A stretch of DNA of 63,065 bases, the filler included, from Circinaria calcarea (taxonomy: Eukaryota): the NCBI GenBank assembly GCA_051942165.1. It is 14 parts of 14 records of this genome, joined end to end, with 100 filler letters (N's around TTAATTAATTAA, not from the genome) between each part and the next. Parts side by side here need not be neighbours in the genome. Positions count along the whole stretch, not along the records: positions 22,637 to 27,054 come from JAVECS010002336.1; positions 27,155 to 31,569 come from JAVECS010002337.1; positions 31,670 to 36,084 come from JAVECS010002338.1; 11 more parts are not named here. One strand, given 5' to 3'. Each line of letters starts with the position of its first letter. Within the stretch, counting starts at the first letter, position 1. Below, one piece after another: positions 24,175 to 36,184 of this stretch. The notes beneath the pieces were generated by a model, which did not search any database, was not told where the DNA came from, and was given only the letters and a program-made list of their open reading frames with translations. The translations under genes were made by a program, and so were the position numbers.

Positions 24175-26002
24175 TACAGATCGAAGTAGGGTAAGCGAAT
24201 GGAAAGACCCCTTGGGAGATTGCCAACTCTAGACTGAAGGAACGTATAGTCGATTCCATGATCTTGGGAACAGAGGAGAAAGTCGCTCGGATGTGGATCC
24301 CATTCAACATACTGCTGAAATTATCACCCTTGGGCTTCTAGGAGAAAAGAGACGGGAGCTTAGTGCGTGAGAGAAAGTGCAGTGCGGCCCGTTGGTGCAT
24401 ACTGCAGACTTCCTATCGTAAGGTACCCACTGTAGAAGGAAGCATGGCCAGGACTAGGACTGAGTCCGAGGGTCGCTACAGAGGTGAAAGCCATGGCCGT
24501 AGTCCTATGTCGACTGGAACGTGGTCCACATCGATCGAGCGCTTATATGATGGAGACTAAATTTGGGAACGAACGGGCCATTAGGCCGTTGCATGAGTAT
24601 GGTACCATAGGGAACACCAAAGGCCCAGCACATTTCGTCTCGATTGTCAGATGATTGATATCGAGTGGAAATTGAAGAGCAAAGTAAAGCCAGTCTATGC
24701 ATCGGACTCCTTCGGCCCTTTTATCATGGAAAGGCCTCATATCGATACGTCCGCTGTCGGGCAGGTCGATTCCCCGCCCCCTTCTGAGGCTCGGCCGGGG
24801 ATTCCTGATGGACGGGCCGGACTCGTCGATCGGGGTCCAGATACTCCAAGCGAGTCGGTGCCGTTGCAGAGCGGCTCAGTGTCAATTGCGGGAGGATGAT
24901 GATGTCTCTCTCTCTCTCGGGTTACTCGATCAACGGCTTGTGATTACCATAGTCGTAAAATACGGTGGTAGTTCCTCGAGCCATCGTTTTTCTCGAGGAG
25001 AGACCGGCTAAAGTTGTGGGATGAATAGAATGATCTCCTTCTAATCAATTATAGGGACTAAAACATGTCCAGGGAATCGCGCACGATCGGCTAAAACGAT
25101 TGTACGGAGTGAAAACAAATGCAGTTTCATCCATTATCGGCGACTCGGAGGGGGGTTCCCGATCCATCTCTGCTGTCCGATGATTCGTCAATGAGTGGAC
25201 CACAGTTCTTTGCGGCGACCGGAGAATGGGAAGCGCCGACAGGGATCCTTACATTGATGGACAGCGTGGTCAGAAGCTCGAGGCGATGACGCACATTTCG
25301 ATGTTACCTTTCCTGCCTCCCCCATCCCCCACCCTATGGTTTCCTTCCTACCGTGCCGCCTCCAGTCCTACTCGACAACATGGACTCGGGCGTAGGTGTA
25401 GGTGTGGGTGAGGGCGAGGGCGGAGGTGCAGGTGCAGGTGGCAAGGCATTGAGACATTTACCCTCAAGGGGCACACCGGTCGACTCAACTAGACAGGTTT
25501 CCTTCAGCCCAAGTATGGCATCAAGGAGACCGTCGAAATTCCCGACCTTCAAATCCATATCCGAATCGATATAGGCGACAGGTCCACGATGCGAGATTTA
25601 GCGGACCTAGCAGCATGCTTGTCCGTTCCCTTGACCGATCCTCTTCGACGCCACTCCGACAGCCACCAGAGTACCAATCCCACCACCGCAGCCAGTCTGA
25701 TTGCTACGACAGCTCCAATTTCAGGGAAGCTAAAGATCAAGCCGAAGCCACGCAAAGCCATTGCTGGAGGTAAGTGACGGGTTGTTTCCATTCGAGTCGA
25801 GCGGGAAGATACGTCAGTGCTGGAGTGTTTGGCGTCTTCGATACCATAAGGCTGTCGCTGGTTGACAGCTGTTGGATGTAACATCTCGTCCACCACTTTC
25901 ATAGCAGCATACCTCTGCGCGGAATCCTCTCTGTCCTTAGAATATACAGCATCTCTCTTTCAAACATCATCTCTCTGTACAGGCGCGCGAGTAGCCCCGT
26001 CC

Positions 26003-27054
26003 ATGGCTATGCTTTCCCCCCACATCTACGAGCGGGACCTCCCAGAGAAAAAGCAATTCTGGTCGCGACCGAAACTGTCTCAACGCAACAGTTCCAATGG
26101 AACTGCCCATCAAATCTCCTTTTCGCGACCCACGCTGCCTGAGCGATCCAGTTCCAATGGCACGGGGAAAGCGAGCAAACTGTCCTTTTCGCGGCCGAAG
26201 ACTTCTAACGGGGTGAATGGAACAACAGGTCACAAAGTTTCCTTTTCCAACTCCTCCAAATCCAGTCACGACCATGGCCCTTCCGATCAATCGGTATCCT
26301 CGAGATCCTCCTCCCCGCGGCCCCAATCCCCCAATATCATGTGGGGCGACAATCGCAATTGGCAAAAGATCAATCGACAGAGTGAAGCGCTTTGGAAGTA
26401 TGTATACTTCCTTTGTATCGCTAGGCATATGCTAATCACTACCGGCAGGGAGAAAATCCCAGAACCCAAAATCGTGCAACCTCGACCCTTTCTCATTTAC
26501 CACGACAGTTTCCTCCCCCTCCTCGGTTCCAATCCAACGCTCCAACTCCTCGTCTCTGACTTGCGCGCCCCTTTCTTTCACGAAGCAGGCGTCTTCCATC
26601 CACAATCAAATACCTTGTTCATAACTTCCAATCTGATGCCCGACCATTCCCCTGATGCAGTCACAACTGCCAACAAGAAAATCGTCATCACCAAGATTGA
26701 GTTCTACTCTCCGACAGATTTCACCCGAGATAAAGTTCGGTGTCCGGATCGGAATTTCATGGCCAATGGCGGTACAAATTACCGTGACGGTCTTGTCCTC
26801 TGTGCTCAGGGTTCCTTGAATGAACCCGCAGGTCTCATCTACATGGAAGCTAAACGTCCCCACAAGACAACGACCTTAATCAACAATTACCACTCTCGTC
26901 CTTTCAACTCCCCCAACGATGTTGTCGTTCACTCCGATGGCTCAATCTGGTTCACAGATCCCATTTATGGCTACGAACAAGGATTTCGACCTAAACCACA
27001 GCTCCCGCAACAGGTTTACCGATTTAATCCCGCTACGGGTGATATCCGTGTAGT
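26003..27054 (+). CDS. SMP-30/gluconolactonase-family lactonase with a repetitive Ser-rich N-terminal extension, 3' partial
   Basis: FFHEAGVF, MANGGTNY, LCAQGS, NNYHSRPFNSPNDVVVHSDGSIWFTDPIYG, PQQVYRFNP; intron about 26398-26448. Confidence 0.85.
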
Positions 27055-27154
27055 NNNNNNNNNNNNNNNNNNNNNNNNNNNNNNNNNNNNNNNNNNNNTT
27101 AATTAATTAANNNNNNNNNNNNNNNNNNNNNNNNNNNNNNNNNNNNNNNNNNNN
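27055..27154. other. Artificial contig spacer
   Basis: N/TTAATTAATTAA/N. Confidence 0.99.
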
Positions 27155-27461
27155 ATCTTCCCTAACAGTCCATCGTTTTCTCATTACGAGTGCCACCGTT
27201 GCAAGTAAAGGCTTGAGCGATTCTTTTTGGACAAACAACACGTACGCAAAGGTGGGCGGGGTGAGTTTGAAGGAATTGGCCCTGTTAGAACTGGAGTTTT
27301 TGTGGAGGGTAGAATGGAGGATCGTGCCGAAGCCGGAGGTATTGGTGGATTATTATAGGAGCCTTGTGGAGCGGAGTGAGGGCTTCGAGATTGAAATGGA
27401 TGCCATAGAGGACAGTCCTCCGGAGTTGAGGTCGGAGAAGATGATAGACAGTCATGTGTGA
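27155..27461 (+). CDS. PHO80: Pho85 cyclin PHO80/PREG, C-terminal part, 5' partial
   Basis: LTVHRFLITSATVASKGLSDSFWTNNTYAKVGGVSLKELALLELEFLWRVEWRIVP..LVDYY. Confidence 0.85.
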
Positions 27462-27862
27462 ATGTAGCGAATGTCCATCTGACCATGTTAAGTACGCTAC
27501 GTTGGGTGCATTGGCAGGCCGTGGATTATGCCTGTCGTCTACTGCAGTTTGAAATGGTTTCTATTGAGACATTGGGCTGCTTGTTGTTATATCACCAAAT
27601 GCAGTCAAACGCAGTATCCTGTTTGTCGGAGGAGCTATGGAGAGCTCAGTAGAGGCGTCAAGACTCGCCTTCAAGGCATACGGGATGCCTCCTTGCGATA
27701 AAACGGGAAGTCTCATATGGCACGCAGAACCAATGTACGGGAGCTGAGAAACCGAGATTGTGCACACAGGTGGCAATGGCAAACGAGGCATCGAGAACAA
27801 GAAAAGATCTGAGAGCAGTTGACTAACTAGCCTAAGCCTCACTCACTGCACAATTGGAATAT

Positions 27863-30060
27863 TCAATTCAACGGTCGCAACAACAGCATTACGATATACC
27901 ATACGTCTCCTAACCAAATTGACTTATTGGTTAGAATCACAACAGAAAGACAGGCGGCGTATGCCTCCCTGATCGCACAGGAGACCCGACCGGTCTGCAT
28001 GTTGGCCGCGATTGCTGACAGGCTACGATGTGCGCACCAAGCACGTGCCGAAACCTCATTGTCAGGAGTCCCAAACGCTTCCACAACGAGTGCCTGTCCG
28101 GGGGGCGCGAGACAGCGCAGAAGGCCCATTGTCTTTAGAAGCTCCCCGCCAGCGGTGCTCCAACGATAACTGTTCGATCATGATGGAGCGGTACGTATAG
28201 CCATAGAAGAGGGGATTTGGATAGAAGTGACAAGGTGCAGCGAAGATAAAGGACATGTTGTAGCGAGGTCTGACCAATGCTGAATCTCCTCCGATCGCAA
28301 AGACAACTGCTGCCTCGTATATTTGGATTGTCTTCTCGGTTCTGCTGTCTGAAGCCGGGTAGAAGCCCCATCTTTGGACTCGGATGGTATCCACACTGCT
28401 AGACCTAAGGAAAAGGACCATGTCGTGGTCTCTGATGGGATACGAGTCATCCAGAGGATCCAACGGATCGTTCCGCTTTGCTATGTTCTTAATCTCGTGT
28501 TTGCCCAGAAGATGCATCATCGGGCTTTGGCATACGCGGAGACACTGGATGCGCTCAAGGTCCGGAGAGACGTGGCATGGCCCAACGAAACCACCAATCT
28601 GTTTTACTCCATCTGCTGCGCCCAGAATTGCCGACAATGCACTTAAAGTAGAGATAAGTGCAAGCCTGATGCTGGAATCAGAGTTCGGAAATTGATGGTC
28701 AGGTCCACGACATCGGGGTTGCAATCCGTCATCATTTAAATGATGAGCTATGCGGTAGAGGTCCAGGTAAGATCAACCGCAGCGATCAAAACCTGCTCAC
28801 TGCGCTTTGTTCCCCTATTGGCATGCCCTTGGTGTAGTACTCGTTCACAACCCGCTCAACTTCCAGAAGGTTCGGCAACTTCATCTCCTGCGCCACATGC
28901 TTTAGCAAACCAAGCTGAGAAGATTTCCGATGTGGAACCAATCGTACGAGTCTTCCATGTCTTCGTCATCTTTCGTTGTTACTTCTATGTTCTACAGCCA
29001 GCGCTGAGCAAGTGCAACGTCCCAAATATTCCTAATCGGTGGATTCGCAATACATAGCTTCCGCTCCTCTGCTGTAGTTTTGACCAGTTGTACATAGTGG
29101 GGAACTTCTATACTGAGCAAAAAGTAGAGGAGAACCGGAATGAGAGATCTGTGTTCTTTGTTTTTAAAGACCTTCCAATAACCTGATTCTCAGAGAAAGT
29201 GAATTTAAGCTAAAAGTCTTGATCAGGGATCCAAGTTAAGATGGCTCTCTCTCTTTCGAGTTCCTGAGGAAGTTCACCAGAAAGGTCCGGATGGTCGGTG
29301 AAATGCGTGTAACGGCACACCCCGGGCTATCACCATTAGCAATTCTCCAGGCTATGATATGCTTTCGACGTGAATTAGCCTCGAGAGAACCTTAGAGATA
29401 GTGAAGACGATGTTATACTGCGCGAAAACTCATCTCTCTTATCCTAGCAACGGGAATTGCTTGCCCCTCGACAACTGCAGCGATAGATACACTAGCAATC
29501 TGTTTAGTGTTACTGTACCTGGTATGCGACCAAGGCAGGCCCTCATGCTCGGTTGGTCGAGACTTTTGTGGGGCTCAGTAGATTTCTTCTAAGAGAAAAG
29601 ACATGGTCGATATCATCAGGGAAGGTATGGGCCCAGTTGAATATTCTTTGTTGCACTGAACGTGGAAATAGCGATATCGTTGTCGCGAATGCTGGGCCAA
29701 TCAAATTCCCACAAAAGGAAGTAGCAGCGCGAAGGATGGCTGCCGACGCAAGGTGGAACGAGAGCTTAGCATTACTCTTGGGTAGCATGCTTCGTTTAAC
29801 GTATTGGGGACTTGGCATCGATCCGCAACATGTAAAGCTGTCCGAGAAGGATGACATGGGAACAGTACTGGGATCTTGCGAGTCGACTGGGTTGGTGTTG
29901 TGACGATGGTATGATTCAGCTGGAAAGTAAGCTTGCCGACGTTCACCGGATTCGCCAGTGTCATTCTTTGACTGTTAGTCAGAGAATCGATTGTAGTCCA
30001 TAGAACGACTGCCATACCTTGGGGATGGGAAGGTGGGACATCAAATGTTACTTTTACCTA
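27863..30060 (-). pseudogene. Large conserved fungal hypothetical gene, heavily disrupted
   Basis: Protein-like blocks in shifting frames separated by stops: RIFNWAHTFP, GVKQIGGFVGPC, RYNMSFIFAAPC..PLFYGYTY, VVEAFGTPDNEVSARAWCAH..SCAIREAYAACLSVVIL. Boundaries approximate. Confidence 0.55.
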
Positions 30061-30833
30061 TCTTCTCCTCTTCCAGTATGATGGGGTGGTTTGAGATTGT
30101 TCTACTTCGATACATATATGCGAAGTCTGAGAAGCAGCAAAAGTGAAAGAAGCAAGAGAGAGGTGAAGTTAGATTGCAATGCACAGGTCCGTGACTGTGA
30201 ACGCAGCTAATTTGGGGAGTTTATAATGGCTGGGGATATTAACTGTATACGGCAAATCTCCCTCAGTTGAAGACCTCCGCTCGACTTAAGCCAGTACAAG
30301 AACTAGAAACACAAAATATTTCCCTGAAGGATGACAGTCCACTTAAGACCAAGGGTAAAAAACGAGGGAACTTGAAAACCCTTTGGAGAGAACTGACGTT
30401 GGTATATGTGCCATCAGAGAGACCAAATTCGAATAAAACTGTTTCGATTCGCGACTCGCGATCCATTTAATACCTGTTTATCACCTGTCGATAGCTGAAG
30501 GTATACTGGAGTTTCTCAGGGGGAAAGAACAGCTCGTCTGGGTATATCGCGTCCAGCAGGATAGCTGTGGCCAGGAGCTAGAAGACGTATGGCAGAAGCT
30601 CTGCATTGTGCAAGCTTCCATAGTCCTGTCAAGGATATACGCCTACCTCGTTTCGAGTAGTGCTATCAAGGTTAATTAATCGAACATCTCAGCTACCTCA
30701 ATTTTACCTAGCTAGCTACACCAGACATATCTTCTAACAGCACCTAAAGCACATACTATTATTACGGATGCTCACTCTAAGCGGAAGACCTTTGTCGAAC
30801 TAATGACCTAGCGCTAACATCTGCTGATTAATG

Positions 30834-31569
30834 TTATCGTAGTGATATCTGCTCGTGTGATTTGACAGCTCCATCCAATTTGTTGACAGCCACTCGGTAC
30901 TATTATGCGTCAATGTGACTGTATCGAGAGCAGAGGCTTCTTCCTACCTTGAAACCAAAATTCAGGCACAAAGCCACAATGAGACTTATGCATATCACCA
31001 CAGGACCAGCGGCATTGTCAAAGTCCTTTCCACTCCTTTGCTGTATCATACGGCTACGGAGAATAAATATCCACCATCCCCAAACCCCAGCAGATACAGC
31101 AATGAGAGTATAGGCGATGGCCAAGCCACGAGCCACTGGATTTGATTCGCCGGCTGCGTTGTATAGACCCAGTGATAATGAAGCAAGCAACACTGAAATA
31201 TGGCACCATTTCACAAACGTGCGCTACACTGTTGTTATTGACGGAACATATGACCTTTGAAGTTATTGTACATACCTGATTCGCAAGCCAGACTTTGGGT
31301 TCAACACGAATAGGATCTAGATCTTTGCTGGGTTGACCGGGCTCACGCACTCCTGGTGGTAGAACGTTCTTCGAGGCCAGACGCGCGCGAGCATATTTCG
31401 ATGTTGAAAACAAGGGAAATAACGAGCGCAGACCGTGCGATGTTCCTGATTGAAGGAAATTTGCTTGGGGATCATCATCATCCGAATCTTCTTCCTCCAC
31501 TAATTTGTCAACACCAGGCTCCGGTTTGGATGAGGATTCGAGCGAGATGTCACTACGTCGGCCATTTGG
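30834..31569 (-). CDS. VTC-complex-family protein, C-terminal DUF202 three-TM domain, 5' partial
   Basis: IRVEPKVWLANQ|RTFVKWCHISVLLASLSLGLYN...RSGKDFDNAAGPVVICISLIVALCLNFGFK|YRV...*; 2 introns; frame open to the contig end. Confidence 0.85.
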
Positions 31570-31669
31570 NNNNNNNNNNNNNNNNNNNNNNNNNNNNNNN
31601 NNNNNNNNNNNNNTTAATTAATTAANNNNNNNNNNNNNNNNNNNNNNNNNNNNNNNNNNNNNNNNNNNN
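31570..31669. other. Artificial contig spacer
   Basis: N/TTAATTAATTAA/N. Confidence 0.99.
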
Positions 31670-32044
31670 CTTGGCCAGTATTCTCCGTCGAACCTCCCCC
31701 GTTGGCTCTCTCGTGTATTTGTTCCGCTACTATAGCAGCTGACTGCATGCGAGCGATCTTTTCTTCCCGGTGGACCTTTAGAACAGCGTCGCTGACAATG
31801 TTGTAGAGACAGTCCTCTAAGATGGACGAAATCTATTCGAGTATTAGTTATTGCAGCTGGCTACTATGGAAAGTGTTGAAATGGTTAAACAGGTATAAAC
31901 TCCGTCAATGTCCCACTTAAAACCACTGTAAAGGGTCCATGGGCATAGCTAGAGCAACATAGAAATAATCAGGGAACAAATGACACTAACCATAGCAGAC
32001 ATACTTCCAGCATCGACTTCGGTCAGCTCAGAGCTTGCTGCCAT
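31670..32044 (-). CDS. SGF11: SAGA deubiquitinase-module subunit Sgf11, N-terminal part, 3' partial
   Basis: Not in the ORF track. Spliced MAASSELTEVDAGSMSAM|ISSILEDCLYNIVSDAVLKVHREEKIARMQSAAIVAEQ matches the Sgf11 N-terminal helix. Confidence 0.7.
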
Positions 32045-32661
32045 ACTGTTGGAATTGCATGTAGATCATAAAGTGAGAGATTCAGTCTGCAACGGTATAA
32101 GAAGGATGGCAATTGAAATATAGTAGCTAATAGAGTTGGTTACTCGTAGCGCCGATATTGAAGGTCGCTCAGGAGCCTGTTGCCTAGTCAGCATTCTCAC
32201 CCCCACAATGAGGACGTAAAGCAGAGAAATGACAGACCCGAAGGAGTTTGTAGTTTGAGTAAGTCATGGCAAACCATTTCAAAACTTGTAGGCAGGAGCA
32301 ATAGTCTGAACTTAAGCATGCCCTATAGTGAGCTACGTCAGGAAACGTATCTAAAAGTAGGATAAATTGATTCCGCCTCTGTTAGCTTCGCCTAGGCCAC
32401 CTTGGTGTTATTTGCTCTTCGACCGACTCTGAGTAAAGGTGTTTGCGCACGACGTCCAAGGAATATCCACAATTGTTTAAATGGTACAACTGTCGGATTG
32501 GTGTCAAAGTAATACAGGCTTGTACCTGCATTAGTGCCCGCTGATAAGATAAGAGCGAGCTACAGTGAATCATGGGGGATAGGTCCTTAAGAGGTAGCCA
32601 GCTCCCTACTCTGGACGGAATTGACGCAGTCAACCAGTTTGATGTTTACAATAGCATTGCT

Positions 32662-33459
32662 ATGGCGCTACCTTCTTTGAACCCAGCACAGAAATATGCT
32701 ACCTCGATAATTTCAGATCATCCTACCTTGCAGCATCCAGCGTCCAAAGTCGAAGCGGACATGCCCTCTAAATTCACTACGGCCACGCCTAACAGACCAT
32801 CGTCTCTCGCCCAAAACATAACAATACAGAAGCTAGAGTCGACTACACTTCCCTGCTTCCGACGTATCATCAGTCTCCTACTCCCAATCCGCTATCCCGA
32901 TAAATTCTTTTCCGAGATTCTATCTGATGCTTCCCTATCCTCCCTTTCACGCATCTCGGTCTGGCATGACAGAGCTCCACCTGGCAAGCAGAAAGGTAGT
33001 ACAGATGAAGAAGACGTTACAAACATAGAGACACCCGAAGGAAAAGTAGTAGGAGGTATCCGCTGTCGATTGGAGCCCATTCCTGTGCCGCCAGGCCAGA
33101 ACCCCCCGAAGCAGCAGCAGCTGTACATCCAGACGCTAGTACTATTGTCGCCTTATCGAGGCCATGGTATAGCAACGCACCTACTTGATACAGTTGTGAC
33201 AGAGGCTATAGGGAACCAGAATAATATTACCGGCGTTTACGCGCATGTGTGGGAGGCGAATCTAGAGGGACTGGATTGGTACCGGCGAAGAGGTTTTCAT
33301 GTGGAGGAGAAGGTGTTGGAAGGCTACTATAGGAAGTTGAAGCCAGGAGGCGCAATAGTAGTGAGGAAAGGGGTTGGGATAGGGAATCATTTAAGGGCGC
33401 AAAGGTTGGAAATGGGTCAAGAGCCGAAAGAGACGCTCGCATTGCAGGTTGGAAAATAA
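32662..33459 (+). CDS. NAT5: GNAT N-acetyltransferase, Nat5/NAA50-like (start uncertain: 32572, 32662 or 32761)
   Basis: LLLPIRYPDKFF, VVGGIRCR, LYIQTLVLLSPYRGHGIAT, YAHVWEAN..WY..RGF..YYRKL. Confidence 0.75.
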   Translation: MALPSLNPAQKYATSIISDHPTLQHPASKVEADMPSKFTTATPNRPSSLAQNITIQKLESTTLPCFRRIISLLLPIRYPDKFFSEILSDASLSSLSRISVWHDRAPPGKQKGSTDEEDVTNIETPEGKVVGGIRCRLEPIPVPPGQNPPKQQQLYIQTLVLLSPYRGHGIATHLLDTVVTEAIGNQNNITGVYAHVWEANLEGLDWYRRRGFHVEEKVLEGYYRKLKPGGAIVVRKGVGIGNHLRAQRLEMGQEPKETLALQVGK

Positions 33460-33904
33460 GTCGGACCTCGACTCTCTGACGGAAACACCGCAGCTATAAA
33501 ATAAGCGGCAGAACCCAGTCCTATCGTAGACTTGAGTTGAATAGCCAAGTGGGCAATATCTTTTTACCGAGTTGTTTTAACAGTCAGATATCTCCGCATC
33601 AATCATATTTGAGATATGTCAACAATGTATTTTCCTTACGTTTTGCCCGTTTCTCTCAAGCAGGTTGGCATCTAAAGCGTTGATGCGAAGGCTTGGTTTC
33701 CAGATCCGGAGTACAAAGAGGATAAATTTCTCGGAGGCGTTGAGGGATGTGTAAGAGTTAGTTTGGTGGATCCGGAGAACAAAGAAGTTTGCTACGATCC
33801 AATCTCTTGAGTTTCAGTACTCTCAGATGTAAATCTTCTTTCCTCCTGCTGTTACAGCTTGAGAACCAGACGAATACCAAGTGTCGACACTCAGATCTTC
33901 CAAA

Positions 33905-34719
33905 ATGCCATTAAAAATACCACGTGGAGGCTGCCGCAAGATCGACTCACTTCCAGTTGCTCAAATACGTTTGGAAAAGCTTGCGAAAGATGTAAGCTCT
34001 TGTGCATCTTTAATCTTCTGCTTTCACTAACTCACTATCCTACAGGCTTGCACCTCAACTTTCGAATCGGTGATGCGCTATGACCACAGCCAGACTCAAG
34101 AATGGACAAATAAGGTGATGGTATGCTTTACCTCTCTTTTCTGCGTCAGTCGAAACCCAAACTCAGCAGAAGACAGGATCACATGCTCGCAGCACTGGTG
34201 CCTGACGCAGAAGCGTCCACCCGATCGTTCAAATTCGTAGTAACATGTTCCATCATTCAGCACACAGCCTCTGTACCCCCTCCCCAGCCTGCCTATCCGC
34301 TCGTAAGCCCGGAGAGCGTCACTATCGACCAGTTTTATACCAAAAACGAGCGCTGGCCGCACAGCAGTCATCTCACTTCCAGCGACAAGTATGACCTCCT
34401 CGGTCCAGCCGCTCGGAAAAGGGGCGAACTCCCCCAACTAGACGCCGCTACTCTCGCCGCGGAAGAGGCCGCGGAGCAGATCGCGTGTGCTGAAGCGATG
34501 GAATTTCAAGCGAAGCGGCATGTCCCGGGCCGGCTTCCCCGAGCTATGCCGAGCACCATTAAGGTCGGGCCTGAGGATACCGTGGGGAGAACCGGGCGGT
34601 ATTTTGCTTTGAAAGCATCATGGAGTTATCAGAAGGACGGGGTGTGGGAGTGTACGTGGGACGGAGGACCGAATAGGGACTTTGATGTCATCATCTGCGT
34701 CATATACATTCAGATTTGA
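33905..34719 (+). CDS. Divergent Tctex-1-type dynein light chain with a large internal insertion, 2 introns
   Basis: Spliced ...RLEKLAKD|ACTSTFESVMRYDHSQTQEWTNKVM|DHMLAAL...FKFVVTCSIIQH [about 106 aa] VGRTGRY..ASWSYQKDGVWECTWDGG..FDVIICVIYIQI*. Confidence 0.7.
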
Positions 34720-35025
34720 AAGGATAATCAAAACATTTTTTGGTCAGATATGAAGGACGTAGATCCAAAAAATTCCACAAACCTACGGAAAATCCAGAGT
34801 CCTAACATGTCGAGGCATAACAAAAAGTGGATTGTGAGACGTGTGGAACTATTTCAGATTTATTGAAAGCATATTATCATCGATCGAATTCCCAGCTAAG
34901 CTAATCTTTCCCATCAAATATGATCCCCGTGACCCTCGCCATTCTATAATATCCTACTCTCCTTTCCATCAATCCATCCATCCCCCTCAAAAAGAGCAGT
35001 CTCCCAACCAGTCAAAGTCACCCCT

Positions 35026-36084
35026 TCACCCTCGTTCCGAATCTTCGATATTCGCATTCGCCTTCGCCTTCTGGTTCCTGCGTCTGATCGCAACGCGCCT
35101 CGCTTCCGTCACCTCCACCGCGCGGTCGAAGGCGGCCATCTCGGCCCTCTTGACCTCGAGCGGTTTCTCGAACTCGAGCCGGTTCCCCTGTCCCCCGTAC
35201 ACGCGCCGCCTGATCCCGCGCCCGCCCGGCCACTCGTCCTCGCTGGACTTGGCGGCGTCCCAGTCGGGATCGATGGGCAGATGGATCGTGTTGCGCCACT
35301 GCACGCCCACCTGCCGGGGGATCCGCAGCCAGCGGGGGGCCAAGGACGGTTCCCACTGCTCCCAGGTGGCTTGCTGCTGCAGCCGGCTGATCCAGCGCAT
35401 GGGGAGGTAGTAGTGCGTGTAGGTGGCTTTGGCGGGCCGGCGGGCGAAGATCAGTCGCTTGGGCGACGGCTCTTCTTCTTCCAGTAAGGAGGAGTAGTGG
35501 CCGGGGGAGGGGAAGCGGGTGGTATAGAGCGGCCACTGTGTCATATCCCGGTAAGTATGGTCAACCTCTCCGGCTTCTTCAACCTCTCCGATGCCGCCTC
35601 CAAATACGAAATCCTCCCAGGCCCAGCCCACTTCATTCAGAGCCTGCTCCCCAAAGTACGGCTCCAGGCTACCGAGGTCCTCTTGGACGGCGTTTTCGAT
35701 GGCGTGCATCAACTCATGGCAGATGGTGACGGCCAAGTAAAACTGTATTCGAAGCTTCTGGTTAATCGTCTGCGGCGTCTGCGGCCCCCGGTGAAGATCG
35801 GCCAGCGTGTCGCCCAGCGCTTCCGCGACGGTGATTTTGGACGCGCACCCGAAATCACATTCGGAACCCCGGAAGAGTAGCGCCTCCTTGTCTGGGACCT
35901 GGTTCGTGTAGCCGAGGTCGCCGGTGTCGCCGGTCCAATTTTGCGAGTCGTAGCCGAGAAAGCGGAAGGTAACGTATTCGGTGAGCTCGGTGAAAAAGTT
36001 CTCGAGCTCGACCCGGAGTTTCTTCGAATAGGGGGAAGGGCCCGGCAGGACGTAGAGGTCACGGTCACCCCGTCGGCCGGCGGG
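35026..36084 (-). CDS. Hypothetical protein with a HExxH zincin-like motif, 5' partial
   Basis: Frame open from the contig end to 35026: RIQFYLAVTICHELMHAI...EPYFGEQALNEVGWAWEDFVFGG; visibly GC-rich; no introns seen. Confidence 0.7.
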   Translation of the reverse strand, partial: PAGRRGDRDLYVLPGPSPYSKKLRVELENFFTELTEYVTFRFLGYDSQNWTGDTGDLGYTNQVPDKEALLFRGSECDFGCASKITVAEALGDTLADLHRGPQTPQTINQKLRIQFYLAVTICHELMHAIENAVQEDLGSLEPYFGEQALNEVGWAWEDFVFGGGIGEVEEAGEVDHTYRDMTQWPLYTTRFPSPGHYSSLLEEEEPSPKRLIFARRPAKATYTHYYLPMRWISRLQQQATWEQWEPSLAPRWLRIPRQVGVQWRNTIHLPIDPDWDAAKSSEDEWPGGRGIRRRVYGGQGNRLEFEKPLEVKRAEMAAFDRAVEVTEARRVAIRRRNQKAKANANIEDSERG

Positions 36085-36184
36085 NNNNNNNNNNNNNNNN
36101 NNNNNNNNNNNNNNNNNNNNNNNNNNNNTTAATTAATTAANNNNNNNNNNNNNNNNNNNNNNNNNNNNNNNNNNNNNNNNNNNN
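36085..36184. other. Artificial contig spacer
   Basis: N/TTAATTAATTAA/N. Confidence 0.99.

Noticed and set aside
25353..25574. Gly-rich ORF (GVGVGVGEGEGGGAGAGG)
   Set aside because: A degenerate hexamer microsatellite in an intergenic region, with no other coding support.
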